Shown here one piece after another: positions 30,175 to 39,623 of a stretch of 64,000 nucleotides of DNA. This DNA is from an uncultured Gammaproteobacteria bacterium (lineage in GTDB: Bacteria; Pseudomonadota; Gammaproteobacteria; JACCXJ01), in the NCBI GenBank assembly GCA_963764725.1, contig CAVXTM010000011.1, positions 1 to 64,000 of the forward strand. The letters run 5' to 3'. Below the pieces are notes generated by a model that saw only the letters and a program-made list of their open reading frames with translations, was not told the DNA's origin and made no database searches. The position numbers were made by a program, and so were the translations under genes. Within the stretch, counting starts at the first letter, position 1. Each line of letters opens with the position of its first letter.

Positions 30175-31140
30175 TCAAATTGCTCCGAGAAGCAGGCTTA
30201 ACCGGCGTTCTATCGCAGCCATTAGTTGAGCGGCGATATCAAGCCCATAGAGCGCATCGATCTCGCGGATGCATGTCGGACTCGTCACGTTGATCTCGGT
30301 AAGATAGTCGCCGATGACATCGAGGCCGACAAACACAAGTCCCTTCTCGCACAATGCGGCCCGCACTTGACTGCATATCCAGTAATCGCGCTCGTTTAGC
30401 GCCACGCCTTTGCTCATACCACCGACCGCCAGGTTTCCGCGGGTCTCACCGGGGGCCGGGGTGCGGGCCAGGGCATAGGGTACGGGTTCGCCGTCGATCA
30501 GCAGGATGCGCTTATCCCCCGCCACGATTTCCGGGACGAAGCGCTGCGCCATCGTGAACTGACTGCCGTGGCCGGTCAAGGTCTCGATGATGACGTTGGT
30601 GTTCGGGTCGCCGTCACGCACGCGAAAGATAGAGACGCCCCCCATGCCGTCCAGGGGCTTCAAGATGATATCGCCGTGTACCTTAAGGAATGCCCTAATG
30701 CGTGTCCGGCTCCTTGTCACCAGGCTCGGCGGACAGCATTGCGGAAACCAGGACGTAAAGAGCTTTTCGTTCGCGTCCCGAAGGCTACGGGGCGCGTTTA
30801 CGACCAAGACGCCGGCGGCTTCGGCAAGCTCCAAGAGATAGGTCGCATAAATATATTCCATATTATAGGGCGGATCTTTACGCATGAGCACCACATCCAG
30901 ATCCGACACCGGCCGCGTTTGCTCATGGATAAATCGATGCCAATGATCGCTACGGTCCTCTACCGCCAGTTCCCGCATGCGCGCAAAGGCCCGGCCGTTG
31001 TCAAGAAACAGATCCGCCAACTCCATGTAATAGAGTGACCAGCCGCGCGCTTGCGCCGCGAGCAACATGGCGAAGCTACTGTCTTTCTTGATGTCGATCG
31101 CCGCAATCGGGTCCATCACAATGCCAAGCTTGATGCTCAT
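30175..31140 (-). CDS. gshB: Glutathione synthetase
   Basis: IVMDPI..I..KKDSSFAML, MRKDPP, RGNLAVGG, TEINVTSPT. Confidence 0.97.
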   Translation of the reverse strand: MSIKLGIVMDPIAAIDIKKDSSFAMLLAAQARGWSLYYMELADLFLDNGRAFARMRELAVEDRSDHWHRFIHEQTRPVSDLDVVLMRKDPPYNMEYIYATYLLELAEAAGVLVVNAPRSLRDANEKLFTSWFPQCCPPSLVTRSRTRIRAFLKVHGDIILKPLDGMGGVSIFRVRDGDPNTNVIIETLTGHGSQFTMAQRFVPEIVAGDKRILLIDGEPVPYALARTPAPGETRGNLAVGGMSKGVALNERDYWICSQVRAALCEKGLVFVGLDVIGDYLTEINVTSPTCIREIDALYGLDIAAQLMAAIERRLSLLLGAI

Positions 31141-31379
31141 AGTGCCCACCACCGAAAGCTCACAGGATCACGTTTCTACTACCATTCTGCATCATGCTCG
31201 ATTCGTCATCACCGTTCCAGCGTGAAGATACCCTTAGGAAACGGCCCCTGGGTTAGCCGTCGCGAAAGCCGCTTGATCACCTGAATCGGTGCCTGCTAAC
31301 CTTTGACGAACGAACAAGGACAACAACGTGCTATGCACGGAGGTCGGCGAGGAAAGGAAGCGCGGGATCTAACACACGA

Positions 31380-31985
31380 ATGACGGAGATCACGAACGGC
31401 AGGCAGCGCGCACCCGCACGCTGCCCCTGGGCGCTGTCGGATGCCTTGACCATCGGTTATCACGATACCGAGTGGGGCGTGCCGGTGCATGAGGACCGCA
31501 GCTTATTCGAGTTTCTGGTGCTGGAAGGCGCCCAAGCGGGCCTGAGCTGGCTCACGGTTCTAAGAAAACGCGAGAATTACCGCGACGCCTTCGATAACTT
31601 CGATCCCGCTACCGTGGCCAACTACGACGCGCATAAGATAGCCCGGTTGCTCGAAAACGCCGGCATTATCCGCAACCGGCGTAAGATCGAAGGCGCAATC
31701 AATAACGCGCGGGCGTTTTTACGCGTTCAAAGCGAGTTCGGGAGCTTCGATGCGTATATTTGGGGCTTCGTGGACGGCACGCCTAAGAACAACCACTGGC
31801 ACAGCATCACCGAGCTTCCCGCCCGTACTCCTCAGTCCGACGCGCTCAGCAAGGATCTCGTCCAACGAGGGTTCAAGTTCGTGGGCTCGACCATCTGCTA
31901 TGCGCACATGCAGGCAACGGGAATGGTCAACGATCATATCGTCGGCTGTTTCCGCCATGCGCAATTGCGGTCCGGCCGGGGTTAG
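31380..31985 (+). CDS. tag: DNA-3-methyladenine glycosylase I
   Basis: RC.W, YHDTEWG, LEGAQAGLSW, NDHIVGC. Confidence 0.96.
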   Translation: MTEITNGRQRAPARCPWALSDALTIGYHDTEWGVPVHEDRSLFEFLVLEGAQAGLSWLTVLRKRENYRDAFDNFDPATVANYDAHKIARLLENAGIIRNRRKIEGAINNARAFLRVQSEFGSFDAYIWGFVDGTPKNNHWHSITELPARTPQSDALSKDLVQRGFKFVGSTICYAHMQATGMVNDHIVGCFRHAQLRSGRG

Positions 31986-32118
31986 AGCCTAGTCAAGACT
32001 CGAAGCGGCGGTTTTGTAGAGGACTCGGACGCGGGCTGGGCTCGGATCACTTCGGCGCGCGGCGTCGTCGCACCCCCTCTAGAGCGGTATGCGAAAGGCT
32101 CTCTTTTAAGGACGGTCC

Positions 32119-33432
32119 TTAGCGCAGGTAGGTAGCGACGAAACCCAACGCGCCACAGGCGCCAATCACGGGAATGATGCCCCACTGAAAGCGCCACATG
32201 GCTAGAAAAGCGGCGGCACCGATAAGCGCGGCGACGCCCTCTAACGGCCTGGCGAAGCCTTCGGGCCAGAGAACGTGAACAGCAAAAAAAACCGCGAGAT
32301 TGAGCACGACCCCGACGACCGCCGCGGTGATTGCAGTCAGAGGCGCCGTAAACTTTAAATCGCCGTGTGTGGCCTCCACCAGCGGACCGCCGATTAAGAT
32401 GAACAAAAAGGAGGGTAAAAACGTAAAAAATGTTGCCACCGCCGCCCCAATTATCCCAGCCGTTGCCAGGGCTTCGGGGCCGAAAACTTGCTCGCCCCAC
32501 GCGCCCACAAATCCAACGAACGCCACCACCATAATCAAGGGTCCGGGTGTGGTTTCGCCAAGCGCAAGACCGTCCATGATCTGCGCGGTCGTGAGCCAGC
32601 CGAAGGATTCGACTGCCCCTTGGTAGACGTAAGGCAGGACCGTATACGCCCCACCGAAGGTCAAGAGCGCCGCTTTGGTAAAAAACCAACCCATCCGCGG
32701 CAGGGTTCCCTCGCCGCCGTGCAGCGCATAGAGGCCGCCCAAGACGACGCCCCAAAGAGCGACACCGATCGCGGCGTAGCGCAACAACCGTCCCCGCTGG
32801 AAGCGAGCGTGCTCGGGCGTCGGGGTGTGATCATCGATCAACGCCGGACAATGAGCTTCCGTTGCCGCCTGATGGCTCGCAGAGAGTTGAAACTTTTCCG
32901 GAAATCGGCGGCTCCCCAGGAAACCTATGGTCGCGGCCCCTAAAACAATGGCTGGAAACGGGACATTAAAGACGAAAATAGCGATGAATGCCGTCACCGC
33001 AACGGCCCACAGGGTCTCGTTTTTTAAAGCCCGCTTGCCAATCCGGTAAGCTGCGAAAACGACGATGACGGTTACCGCCGGCTTGATCCCGTAAAGAACA
33101 CTGGCGACGGCCGGCACATCGCCAAACGCCATGTAAGTCCAGGATAGCCCGACCAATATCACCAGAGACGGCAAAGTGAAAAGCGCACCGGCGACGATTC
33201 CGCCCCAGGTTCCATGCAACAGCCAACCGATGTAGGTTGCGAGCTGTTGCGCCTCCGGCCCGGGCAACAGCATGCAGTAGTTCAACGCATGCAGAAAGCG
33301 TCTCTCCGAAATCCACCGGCGCTTTTCGACCAACTCTTCGTGCATGATGGCGATTTGGCCCGCCGGCCCGCCAAAACTGATAAAACCAAGTCTCAGCCAG
33401 TACTTAAAGGCGTCCCGGAAGCTCACGGGCAC
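32119..33432 (-). CDS. chrA: Chromate efflux transporter (long-chain CHR)
   Basis: SFGGPAGQIA, LLPGPEAQQ, TFGGAY, GETTPGP. Confidence 0.95.
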   Translation of the reverse strand: MPVSFRDAFKYWLRLGFISFGGPAGQIAIMHEELVEKRRWISERRFLHALNYCMLLPGPEAQQLATYIGWLLHGTWGGIVAGALFTLPSLVILVGLSWTYMAFGDVPAVASVLYGIKPAVTVIVVFAAYRIGKRALKNETLWAVAVTAFIAIFVFNVPFPAIVLGAATIGFLGSRRFPEKFQLSASHQAATEAHCPALIDDHTPTPEHARFQRGRLLRYAAIGVALWGVVLGGLYALHGGEGTLPRMGWFFTKAALLTFGGAYTVLPYVYQGAVESFGWLTTAQIMDGLALGETTPGPLIMVVAFVGFVGAWGEQVFGPEALATAGIIGAAVATFFTFLPSFLFILIGGPLVEATHGDLKFTAPLTAITAAVVGVVLNLAVFFAVHVLWPEGFARPLEGVAALIGAAAFLAMWRFQWGIIPVIGACGALGFVATYLR

Positions 33433-33555
33433 GGTCCCGTGGATGTCCGCCGGGCGTTTTTCTCGTAGCAGACACGTCCCTCGAGAAATCAGGTTTTATG
33501 CGCGGTGGAAGACGAGATGCAGCCGGCGAGCGCCAGCCGTGCGGCGAGAGTAGAG

Positions 33556-33587
33556 AGCAGAGGGTTGTCGCCAACCCTCTGCTTTTT
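33556..33587. terminator. Intrinsic terminator-like hairpin
   Basis: agcagagggttg-tcgc-caaccctctgct followed by a T run. Confidence 0.7.
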
Positions 33588-33598
33588 GGTGCAATCTA

Positions 33599-33697
33599 CT
33601 ATTTGCTGCTATCTCCGGCTTTATTTGTCGCGATTAACGCGGCAAAGCAGACAACGGATAAAGCTAACAACACCCACATTCCAGCATCGCCATCCAT
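33599..33697 (-). CDS. 32-aa single-TM small protein (MDGDAGMWVLLALSVVCFAALIATNKAGDSSK)
   Basis: Strong RBS gaaggaggaga, one hydrophobic helix, hairpin just downstream; below the ORF-track cutoff. Confidence 0.5.
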   Translation of the reverse strand: MDGDAGMWVLLALSVVCFAALIATNKAGDSSK

Positions 33698-33912
33698 AAT
33701 CTCCTCCTTCGGGTTCGTTATAGTTTAGGTTAAACGACGACCAAAACCGCTTTTTTTCGGTTTTGATCGGCTCGACTTCTTAAGGCAATTGGCATCTGGC
33801 AGCGAACAGATGGGGCATGCCCCCCTATAATATACAGAAATTATCTTGAATGCGGAATAGGGAACGTTCCGCGATACCCGCGTAAGTGGCGCAGCGCAGT
33901 TTTGTCTGCGCG

Positions 33913-35004
33913 TCAAGCCGCGAAGTCCCGGAGGTGCACGGGAAGGCGCCGCGCACCCCATCGCCCCGGCCGCGGCTCGAAGACACCCGGGCACGGCATA
34001 TCGCAGGCGGCACAGCGCCCGTCGGTGCCAAGGTTCCAATCGCTGAGCGTGTACCGGTCGCGCCCGATGAGCGTCGTCCCGCACCGGTGGCAGTAGGTGC
34101 TGCCGCCGGCCTTATCATGCACGTTGCCGGTATAGGCATAGCGGACACCGTTGCGTAGCGCGATGTCGCGCGCCCGGGTGAGGGTGGCGGGCGGGGTGTG
34201 TGCCTTATTCATCATCTTCCAGTCGGGATGGAAAGCGGTGAAGTGCATCGGCACCTCGGGGCCGAGGTTCTCGACGACCCAGCGGGTCATCGCGTCGATC
34301 TCTTGCTCGGAGTCGTTCTCGCCGGGGATCAAGAGCGTCGTGATCTCGAACCAAACCCGGGTCTCGTGCTTGAGGTATGTGAGCGTGTCGAGCACCGGTT
34401 GTAAGTGGCCGCCACAGATCTTCCAATAAAATCGTTCGCTGAAACCCTTGAGGTCCACATTGGCGGCATCCATATAGCGGTAGAACTCCGCGCGCGGCTT
34501 CGGACAGATATATCCGGCGGTCACCGCGACCGATTTAATTCCGTATTCCCGGCACGCCTGCGCGACGTCGATGGCGTATTCCATGAAAATCACTGGATCA
34601 TTATAGGTGTAGGCGACACTCGCGCACCCAAGGGCCTTGGCGGCGCGGGCGATCCGATCGGGGGCCGCCTGGTCGGCCAGCGTGTCCGTCTCCCGCGACT
34701 TGCTGATGTCCCAGTTCTGGCAGAACTTGCAGGCGAGATTACAGCCCGCGGTGCCAAAGGAGAGGATCGGGGTGCCCGGTAAAAAATGATTGAGCGGTTT
34801 CTTTTCGATCGGGTCCACGCAGTAACCGCTAGAACGCCCGTAGGTGGTTAACACCACCTCTCCGCCGCGGTTCGCGCGCACGAAGCACATCCCCTCTTGG
34901 CCTTCGTGCAGCTTGCACGCGCGCGGGCATACGTCGCATTGGATCCGCCCGTCGGCGAGGCGGTGCCAATAATGTGTGGCGTGAAACGATTCCGTTGACT
35001 GCAT
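33913..35004 (-). CDS. amrS: AmmeMemoRadiSam system radical SAM enzyme
   Basis: C..CPR.C, VDPIEKKPLNHF.PG, GCNLACKFCQNWDIS, FHPDWKM. Confidence 0.93.
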   Translation of the reverse strand: MQSTESFHATHYWHRLADGRIQCDVCPRACKLHEGQEGMCFVRANRGGEVVLTTYGRSSGYCVDPIEKKPLNHFLPGTPILSFGTAGCNLACKFCQNWDISKSRETDTLADQAAPDRIARAAKALGCASVAYTYNDPVIFMEYAIDVAQACREYGIKSVAVTAGYICPKPRAEFYRYMDAANVDLKGFSERFYWKICGGHLQPVLDTLTYLKHETRVWFEITTLLIPGENDSEQEIDAMTRWVVENLGPEVPMHFTAFHPDWKMMNKAHTPPATLTRARDIALRNGVRYAYTGNVHDKAGGSTYCHRCGTTLIGRDRYTLSDWNLGTDGRCAACDMPCPGVFEPRPGRWGARRLPVHLRDFAA

Positions 35005-35085
35005 GTAGCAATTCTAGTCTTTCAACGTCCCATATCAAACGTACAAAAATCCAGATAGAATATACGTATCAGAAAGGAGATAACC

Positions 35086-35277
35086 GTGCACAGGCAGAAC
35101 CATAATCACAGGCAGTTTCAGGTCAGACGATTGGATACTCACCCCCCTTCCGAAGACTGGGAGTTACAGCGCGTGGTGGTGCGGGATGGAATTTCGTTCG
35201 ACTTCTCCCCCCTGGTTTACACCACGGAGACTGAGGCACTGGAGGCGGGTAAAAGATGGGTGTGGGCTGGAAATTAG
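35086..35277 (+). CDS. Small hypothetical protein
   Basis: RBS aaggaga before GTG; no recognisable motif. Confidence 0.5.
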   Translation: MHRQNHNHRQFQVRRLDTHPPSEDWELQRVVVRDGISFDFSPLVYTTETEALEAGKRWVWAGN

Positions 35278-35340
35278 AAGCGCCTGCTACGATACGACTA
35301 AGAGCAGGTTTTCCCATCCGCTATCCATAGGAGTCGATTT

Positions 35341-35541
35341 ATGAGCATCAAATACCTCTTATATACACGCGATCGCGTGGTGGGGTGGACTGACCAAGAG
35401 CGAGGTTTGACGGGGATACATGTTGAATATGGCCTAAGGGATGGAAAGGGTCTATTACATACCTCAGGTATCGCCCGTTTAGAGCTGGCGAGCCGCTACC
35501 CCAGAACGCACGTTGAAGAGCTTAAGCATTGGGATTCGTAA
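35341..35541 (+). CDS. Small hypothetical protein
   Basis: RBS aggag before ATG; no recognisable motif. Confidence 0.45.
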   Translation: MSIKYLLYTRDRVVGWTDQERGLTGIHVEYGLRDGKGLLHTSGIARLELASRYPRTHVEELKHWDS

Positions 35542-35569
35542 AACGGGCGAGGGCTGAGCGCGACGCAAG

Positions 35570-37261
35570 GTGATGGTCGTCAACGCCTCGGCGTTGGACA
35601 TCACACTAGCGTACCATTATCGATCGAAGCACTGTCCGTTTCGATTTGCGCCCGCTCTTGGTTACATGGACTGGGACACGCAACCCGATCCAATGCGCCG
35701 ATTCGAAGGCGCCGCTGTGCTGCCTCTCGACCTCTTGCCGGTAGGGCGCGAGCCGCGCTATGAGTCGGCGTTCGCGCTCGGTCACATCGCCCGAGCCCCG
35801 CTGGATCGTGTCTCGGTCTCCCAACTCTTCCAAGATGCGCTCGCCCTCTCCGCCTGGAAACAGGCCGGGAACTCCCGTTGGTCGCTCCGCGTCAATCCCT
35901 CGAGCGGCAATCTTCATCCGACCGAGGGCTACCTGGTCGCCGGGCCCATCGCCGGTCTGCTTCCACGGCCCGCGGTCTACCACTACACACCGTTCGAGCA
36001 CGCACTCGAGATCAGGGCCGAGCTGTCGGGTGAAGCGTGGCTGAAGATCGCGGCACAGCTGCCTGAGAGTGCTGTTCTCGTGGGCCTTACGTCCATCCAT
36101 TGGCGCGAATCGTGGAAGTACGGCGAGCGGGCCTTCCGCTACTGCCACCACGACGCCGGTCACGCGATCGGGAGCTTCGCTGTGTCCGCCGCCGGGCTCG
36201 GCTGGGAGGCGAAGCTGCTCGAAAGCGTCACCGACGGCGATCTGGCTGTGGTACTGGGGGTGCGTGTCCAGACGGGGATCGAGGCCGAGCACGCCGACTG
36301 CCTCTTGGCCGTTGTCCCGCAGCGCGCCGGCTTCACGATCGAAGCGCAGCGAGTGTTCACCATTCCGGGCACGGTGTGCGATGAGCTCCGTGGCACGCGC
36401 TGGACTGGAGTGCCGAACCGGCTGAGCAGCGATCATCATTCGTGGCCCGTCATCGACGAGGTAGCCGCCGCAACGGAGAAGGTCTCGCGCCCTGGCGAGA
36501 CGTTCTGGTCTCCAATCGATTTCGACAACAGCTCCCTCGAGATCGGCGACTCGCCGCTCGCGCTTCGCCGCATCATCCACCAGCGGCGAAGCGCAGTCGC
36601 TCTCGATGGCCATACGGGGATCACACGCGACGCTTTCTACCAGATCCTGCTTAAGCTCATGCCCGGCTCGCAGCAGGTCCCGTTCACCACGCTACCGTGG
36701 CGCCCTTGCGTCGATCTCTTGCTCTTCGTCCACCGCGTGGCGAACTTGCCCTCTGGCCTTTATGCCCTGTTGCGAGACCCCGCGCGCAGGCAGGCGCTCG
36801 AAGACGCGATGGATCGGACCTTTGTCTGGACGCGACCAGCCGAGTGTCCTCTGTCCTTGCCCCTTTTCTTCTTGGTGGAAGGAGATGCGCGCTCTGCCGC
36901 CCAACAGACGAGCTGCAATCAGGAAATCGCGGCTGACGGCGTCTTCGCAGCGGCCATGCTTACCGAGTACCGCGCGTCCCTAGAGGCGTTCGGGCCCTGG
37001 TTCTACCGCCGTCTGTATTGGGAAACAGGCGTCATCGGACAGGTCCTGTATCTCGAAACCGAAGCCAGAGGCATTCGCGGCACCGGCATCGGCTGCTTCT
37101 TCGACGACCTCACGCACCAGGTCTTCGGCCTGACTGGAGACCGTTTCCAGGTGCTCTACCACTTCACCGTGGGCGGGCCAGTCGACGATCCACGCCTACA
37201 GACCGATCCCCCGTATCAGCACCTCGCGCACGCCCACGGCCGCGAGGTCACGCGGGAGTAA
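35570..37261 (+). CDS. SagB/ThcOx-family double nitroreductase-domain protein
   Basis: DWDTQP.P.R, LRVNPSSGNLHPTEGY, WKYGERAFRYC.HD.GHA, QRRSA, GTGIGCFFDD. Confidence 0.92.
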   Translation: MMVVNASALDITLAYHYRSKHCPFRFAPALGYMDWDTQPDPMRRFEGAAVLPLDLLPVGREPRYESAFALGHIARAPLDRVSVSQLFQDALALSAWKQAGNSRWSLRVNPSSGNLHPTEGYLVAGPIAGLLPRPAVYHYTPFEHALEIRAELSGEAWLKIAAQLPESAVLVGLTSIHWRESWKYGERAFRYCHHDAGHAIGSFAVSAAGLGWEAKLLESVTDGDLAVVLGVRVQTGIEAEHADCLLAVVPQRAGFTIEAQRVFTIPGTVCDELRGTRWTGVPNRLSSDHHSWPVIDEVAAATEKVSRPGETFWSPIDFDNSSLEIGDSPLALRRIIHQRRSAVALDGHTGITRDAFYQILLKLMPGSQQVPFTTLPWRPCVDLLLFVHRVANLPSGLYALLRDPARRQALEDAMDRTFVWTRPAECPLSLPLFFLVEGDARSAAQQTSCNQEIAADGVFAAAMLTEYRASLEAFGPWFYRRLYWETGVIGQVLYLETEARGIRGTGIGCFFDDLTHQVFGLTGDRFQVLYHFTVGGPVDDPRLQTDPPYQHLAHAHGREVTRE

Positions 37262-37367
37262 CGCCTATGTCGAACCGCCTCGCTCACGACCGACATCCGG
37301 TTAGGCATGTCCTCTACGCGAGCTCGGCGAAACCCCTCGTCGCTCCACGGGTATCCGGTTAAAACCG

Positions 37368-39623
37368 ATGGACTCTCCCTTGCCGATTGCGTTCCTCGGG
37401 AGCTATCCGCCGCGCCGATGCGGTATCGCCACCTTCACCCGCGATCTCTCCGCGGCGGTCGGCGCCGCTAGCGATTGCGTACTCCCAATGACCATCGCGG
37501 TGAGCGATCCGGGAGGTCAGTACGAGTACTCGGGTGAGGTCAAATACGAAATCCGGCAGGCGGTGAAGGCCGACTATGCCCGGGCGGCCGAGTTCGTCAA
37601 CTATTCTGACGTGCGGCTCGTATCCATCCAGCACGAGCACGGCATCTTCGGCGGCGATGACGGCGCGTACATCCTCGACCTTCTGACGACGCTACGCACG
37701 CCAACCATAGCAACGCTGCACACCGTCCTCAAGCGGCCGTCAGACTCGCAAAGAGCGATCATCCAAAAGATGTCCTGGCAGTGCGCGCGGCTCGTCGTGA
37801 TGAGCAAAGTCGCGGCGGAACTGCTCGGTGCATCTTACGGGGTGAACGAGCGAAAGATCCGGGTCATTCCGCACGGGATCCCCGAGATGGCACCTCGGGA
37901 CCAGCAGCGGCTGAAGGCCAAGTTCGGCGTGTCGGGTCAACGGATGTTGCTGACGTTCGGGCTCCTGGGCCCCAACAAAGGGATAGAGACGGTCATCCGC
38001 GCGCTGCCGGCGGTGATCGAGACGTTCCCCGATGTCGTTTACTTCGTCGTGGGCCCGACCCACCCCATGATCGTGCGCCGCCACGGCGAGGCGTACCGGA
38101 CCTCCCTCGAACGCGAGGCCGAGCGCCTCGGTGTCCGCGAACACGTGGTCTTCCGCGACCGGTTCGTCTCCAACGAAGAGCTTTGCAGCTATCTACAAGC
38201 CGCCGACATCTATCTCAGCCCTTACCAGAACGAGGCGCAGGTCACGAGCGGCGCGTTGTCCTACGCGATGGGGGCGGGAGCGGCCGTCGTATCGACGCCG
38301 TACTGGCACGCCCAGGAGCTTCTCTCGGAGGGACGCGGGTACCTGTTCCCGTTCGGCGATCACGGCGCCTTGAGCGCCACCCTGCGCTCCCTCCTCGGCT
38401 CTCCGGCGGAGCTCGAGCGCGTCCGGCGCTCCGCCTTCGAGTTCACCCGGTCCATGGTGTGGCCGCAGATCGGACAGGCGTACCTCGAGCTTGCGACGAA
38501 GGTGATGGCCGAGGCGCCCACCCGAATGACGTCCATCCAGCCGACGCGCGCCAGCAGCCTACCCGAGCTGCGCCTCGATCACCTGATCCGGATGACCGAC
38601 GACACCGGAGTGATCCAACACGCCACTTACAGCGTTCCCGCGAGGAACACCGGGTACTGCGTCGACGACAACGCGCGCGCTTTGATCGTCGCGCTGCGCG
38701 CGGACCGGGTAAGCAGCGACCCACAGACGAAGCGTCTCGTGAGCACGTACCTCGGCTACCTGCACTGCGCCCAGAGCGAGGCGGGTGACTTCGAGAACCT
38801 GATGAGCTACGACCGCACGCAGAAGTCGGGTCCTGGCTCGGAAGACTGCCTGGGCCGCGCCCTCTGGGCGCTGGGGACCACGGCCGAGCTCGCGACCGAC
38901 GAGGGTTGCAAGCTGCTGGCAAGGGAGATGCTAGACCGCGCCTTGCCGAAGGCGATGGATCTCGGCCCGCGCGGCACTGCGACGACCATCCTCGGCCTGG
39001 CCAGCTTGGTCGCCGCGGAGCCGTCCGCCGACGCCGTCCGCAAGAGCCTGAGCGTCCTGGCCGACAAGCTGGTCCAGCGCTATCAGCAGGAGGCCACCGA
39101 TGACTGGCGGTGGTTCGAGCCGACCTTAACCTACGAAAACGCCATCATCCCGCTCGCGCTCTTCAGAGCCTTCTCCGTGACGGGCGAGCGGGCGAGCTTG
39201 CGCGTGGCGCGTGAGTCGCTGGAGTTCCTCGAGGACGTCTGCTTCGGGGACGGGCACCTGGCATTGGTGGGCAACGCCGGCTGGCACTGTCGCGGCGGCA
39301 AGAAGCCGCACGCCGACGAGCAGGCGATCGATGCCGCGGCCTTCGTGCTCGCTTTCCGGGGCGCCTACCTCGCGACCGGAGATCATCGGTACCTCCGTCG
39401 CATGCGCGAATCGTTCGCGTGGTTCCTCGGCGTCAACCGCCTCGGGACGCCGCTCTACGACTCCGTGACCGCGGGCTGCCGGGATGGGCTCGGGGCGACC
39501 CAGGCGAACCAGAATCAAGGCGCCGAGAGCACCATCTGCTTTCTGCTGTCGCTCCTGGAGATGCTCGAGATTGCGGGCGAAGGCCTCGAGCATGCCGGCC
39601 GGTTCGAAGAGCCGGAGGCATGA
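37368..39623 (+). CDS. GT4 glycosyltransferase fused to a C-terminal alpha/alpha-barrel-like domain
   Basis: SYPPRRCGIATFT, QHEHGIFGG, FGLLGPNKG; C-terminal GYCVDDNARAL and NQNQGAEST. Confidence 0.9.
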   Translation: MDSPLPIAFLGSYPPRRCGIATFTRDLSAAVGAASDCVLPMTIAVSDPGGQYEYSGEVKYEIRQAVKADYARAAEFVNYSDVRLVSIQHEHGIFGGDDGAYILDLLTTLRTPTIATLHTVLKRPSDSQRAIIQKMSWQCARLVVMSKVAAELLGASYGVNERKIRVIPHGIPEMAPRDQQRLKAKFGVSGQRMLLTFGLLGPNKGIETVIRALPAVIETFPDVVYFVVGPTHPMIVRRHGEAYRTSLEREAERLGVREHVVFRDRFVSNEELCSYLQAADIYLSPYQNEAQVTSGALSYAMGAGAAVVSTPYWHAQELLSEGRGYLFPFGDHGALSATLRSLLGSPAELERVRRSAFEFTRSMVWPQIGQAYLELATKVMAEAPTRMTSIQPTRASSLPELRLDHLIRMTDDTGVIQHATYSVPARNTGYCVDDNARALIVALRADRVSSDPQTKRLVSTYLGYLHCAQSEAGDFENLMSYDRTQKSGPGSEDCLGRALWALGTTAELATDEGCKLLAREMLDRALPKAMDLGPRGTATTILGLASLVAAEPSADAVRKSLSVLADKLVQRYQQEATDDWRWFEPTLTYENAIIPLALFRAFSVTGERASLRVARESLEFLEDVCFGDGHLALVGNAGWHCRGGKKPHADEQAIDAAAFVLAFRGAYLATGDHRYLRRMRESFAWFLGVNRLGTPLYDSVTAGCRDGLGATQANQNQGAESTICFLLSLLEMLEIAGEGLEHAGRFEEPEA

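Noticed and set aside
33913-37261. RiPP cluster (radical SAM, small ORFs, SagB-like enzyme)
   Set aside because: The radical SAM is AmmeMemoRadiSam type, there is no YcaO, and the small ORFs lack Cys/Ser/Thr-rich cores.
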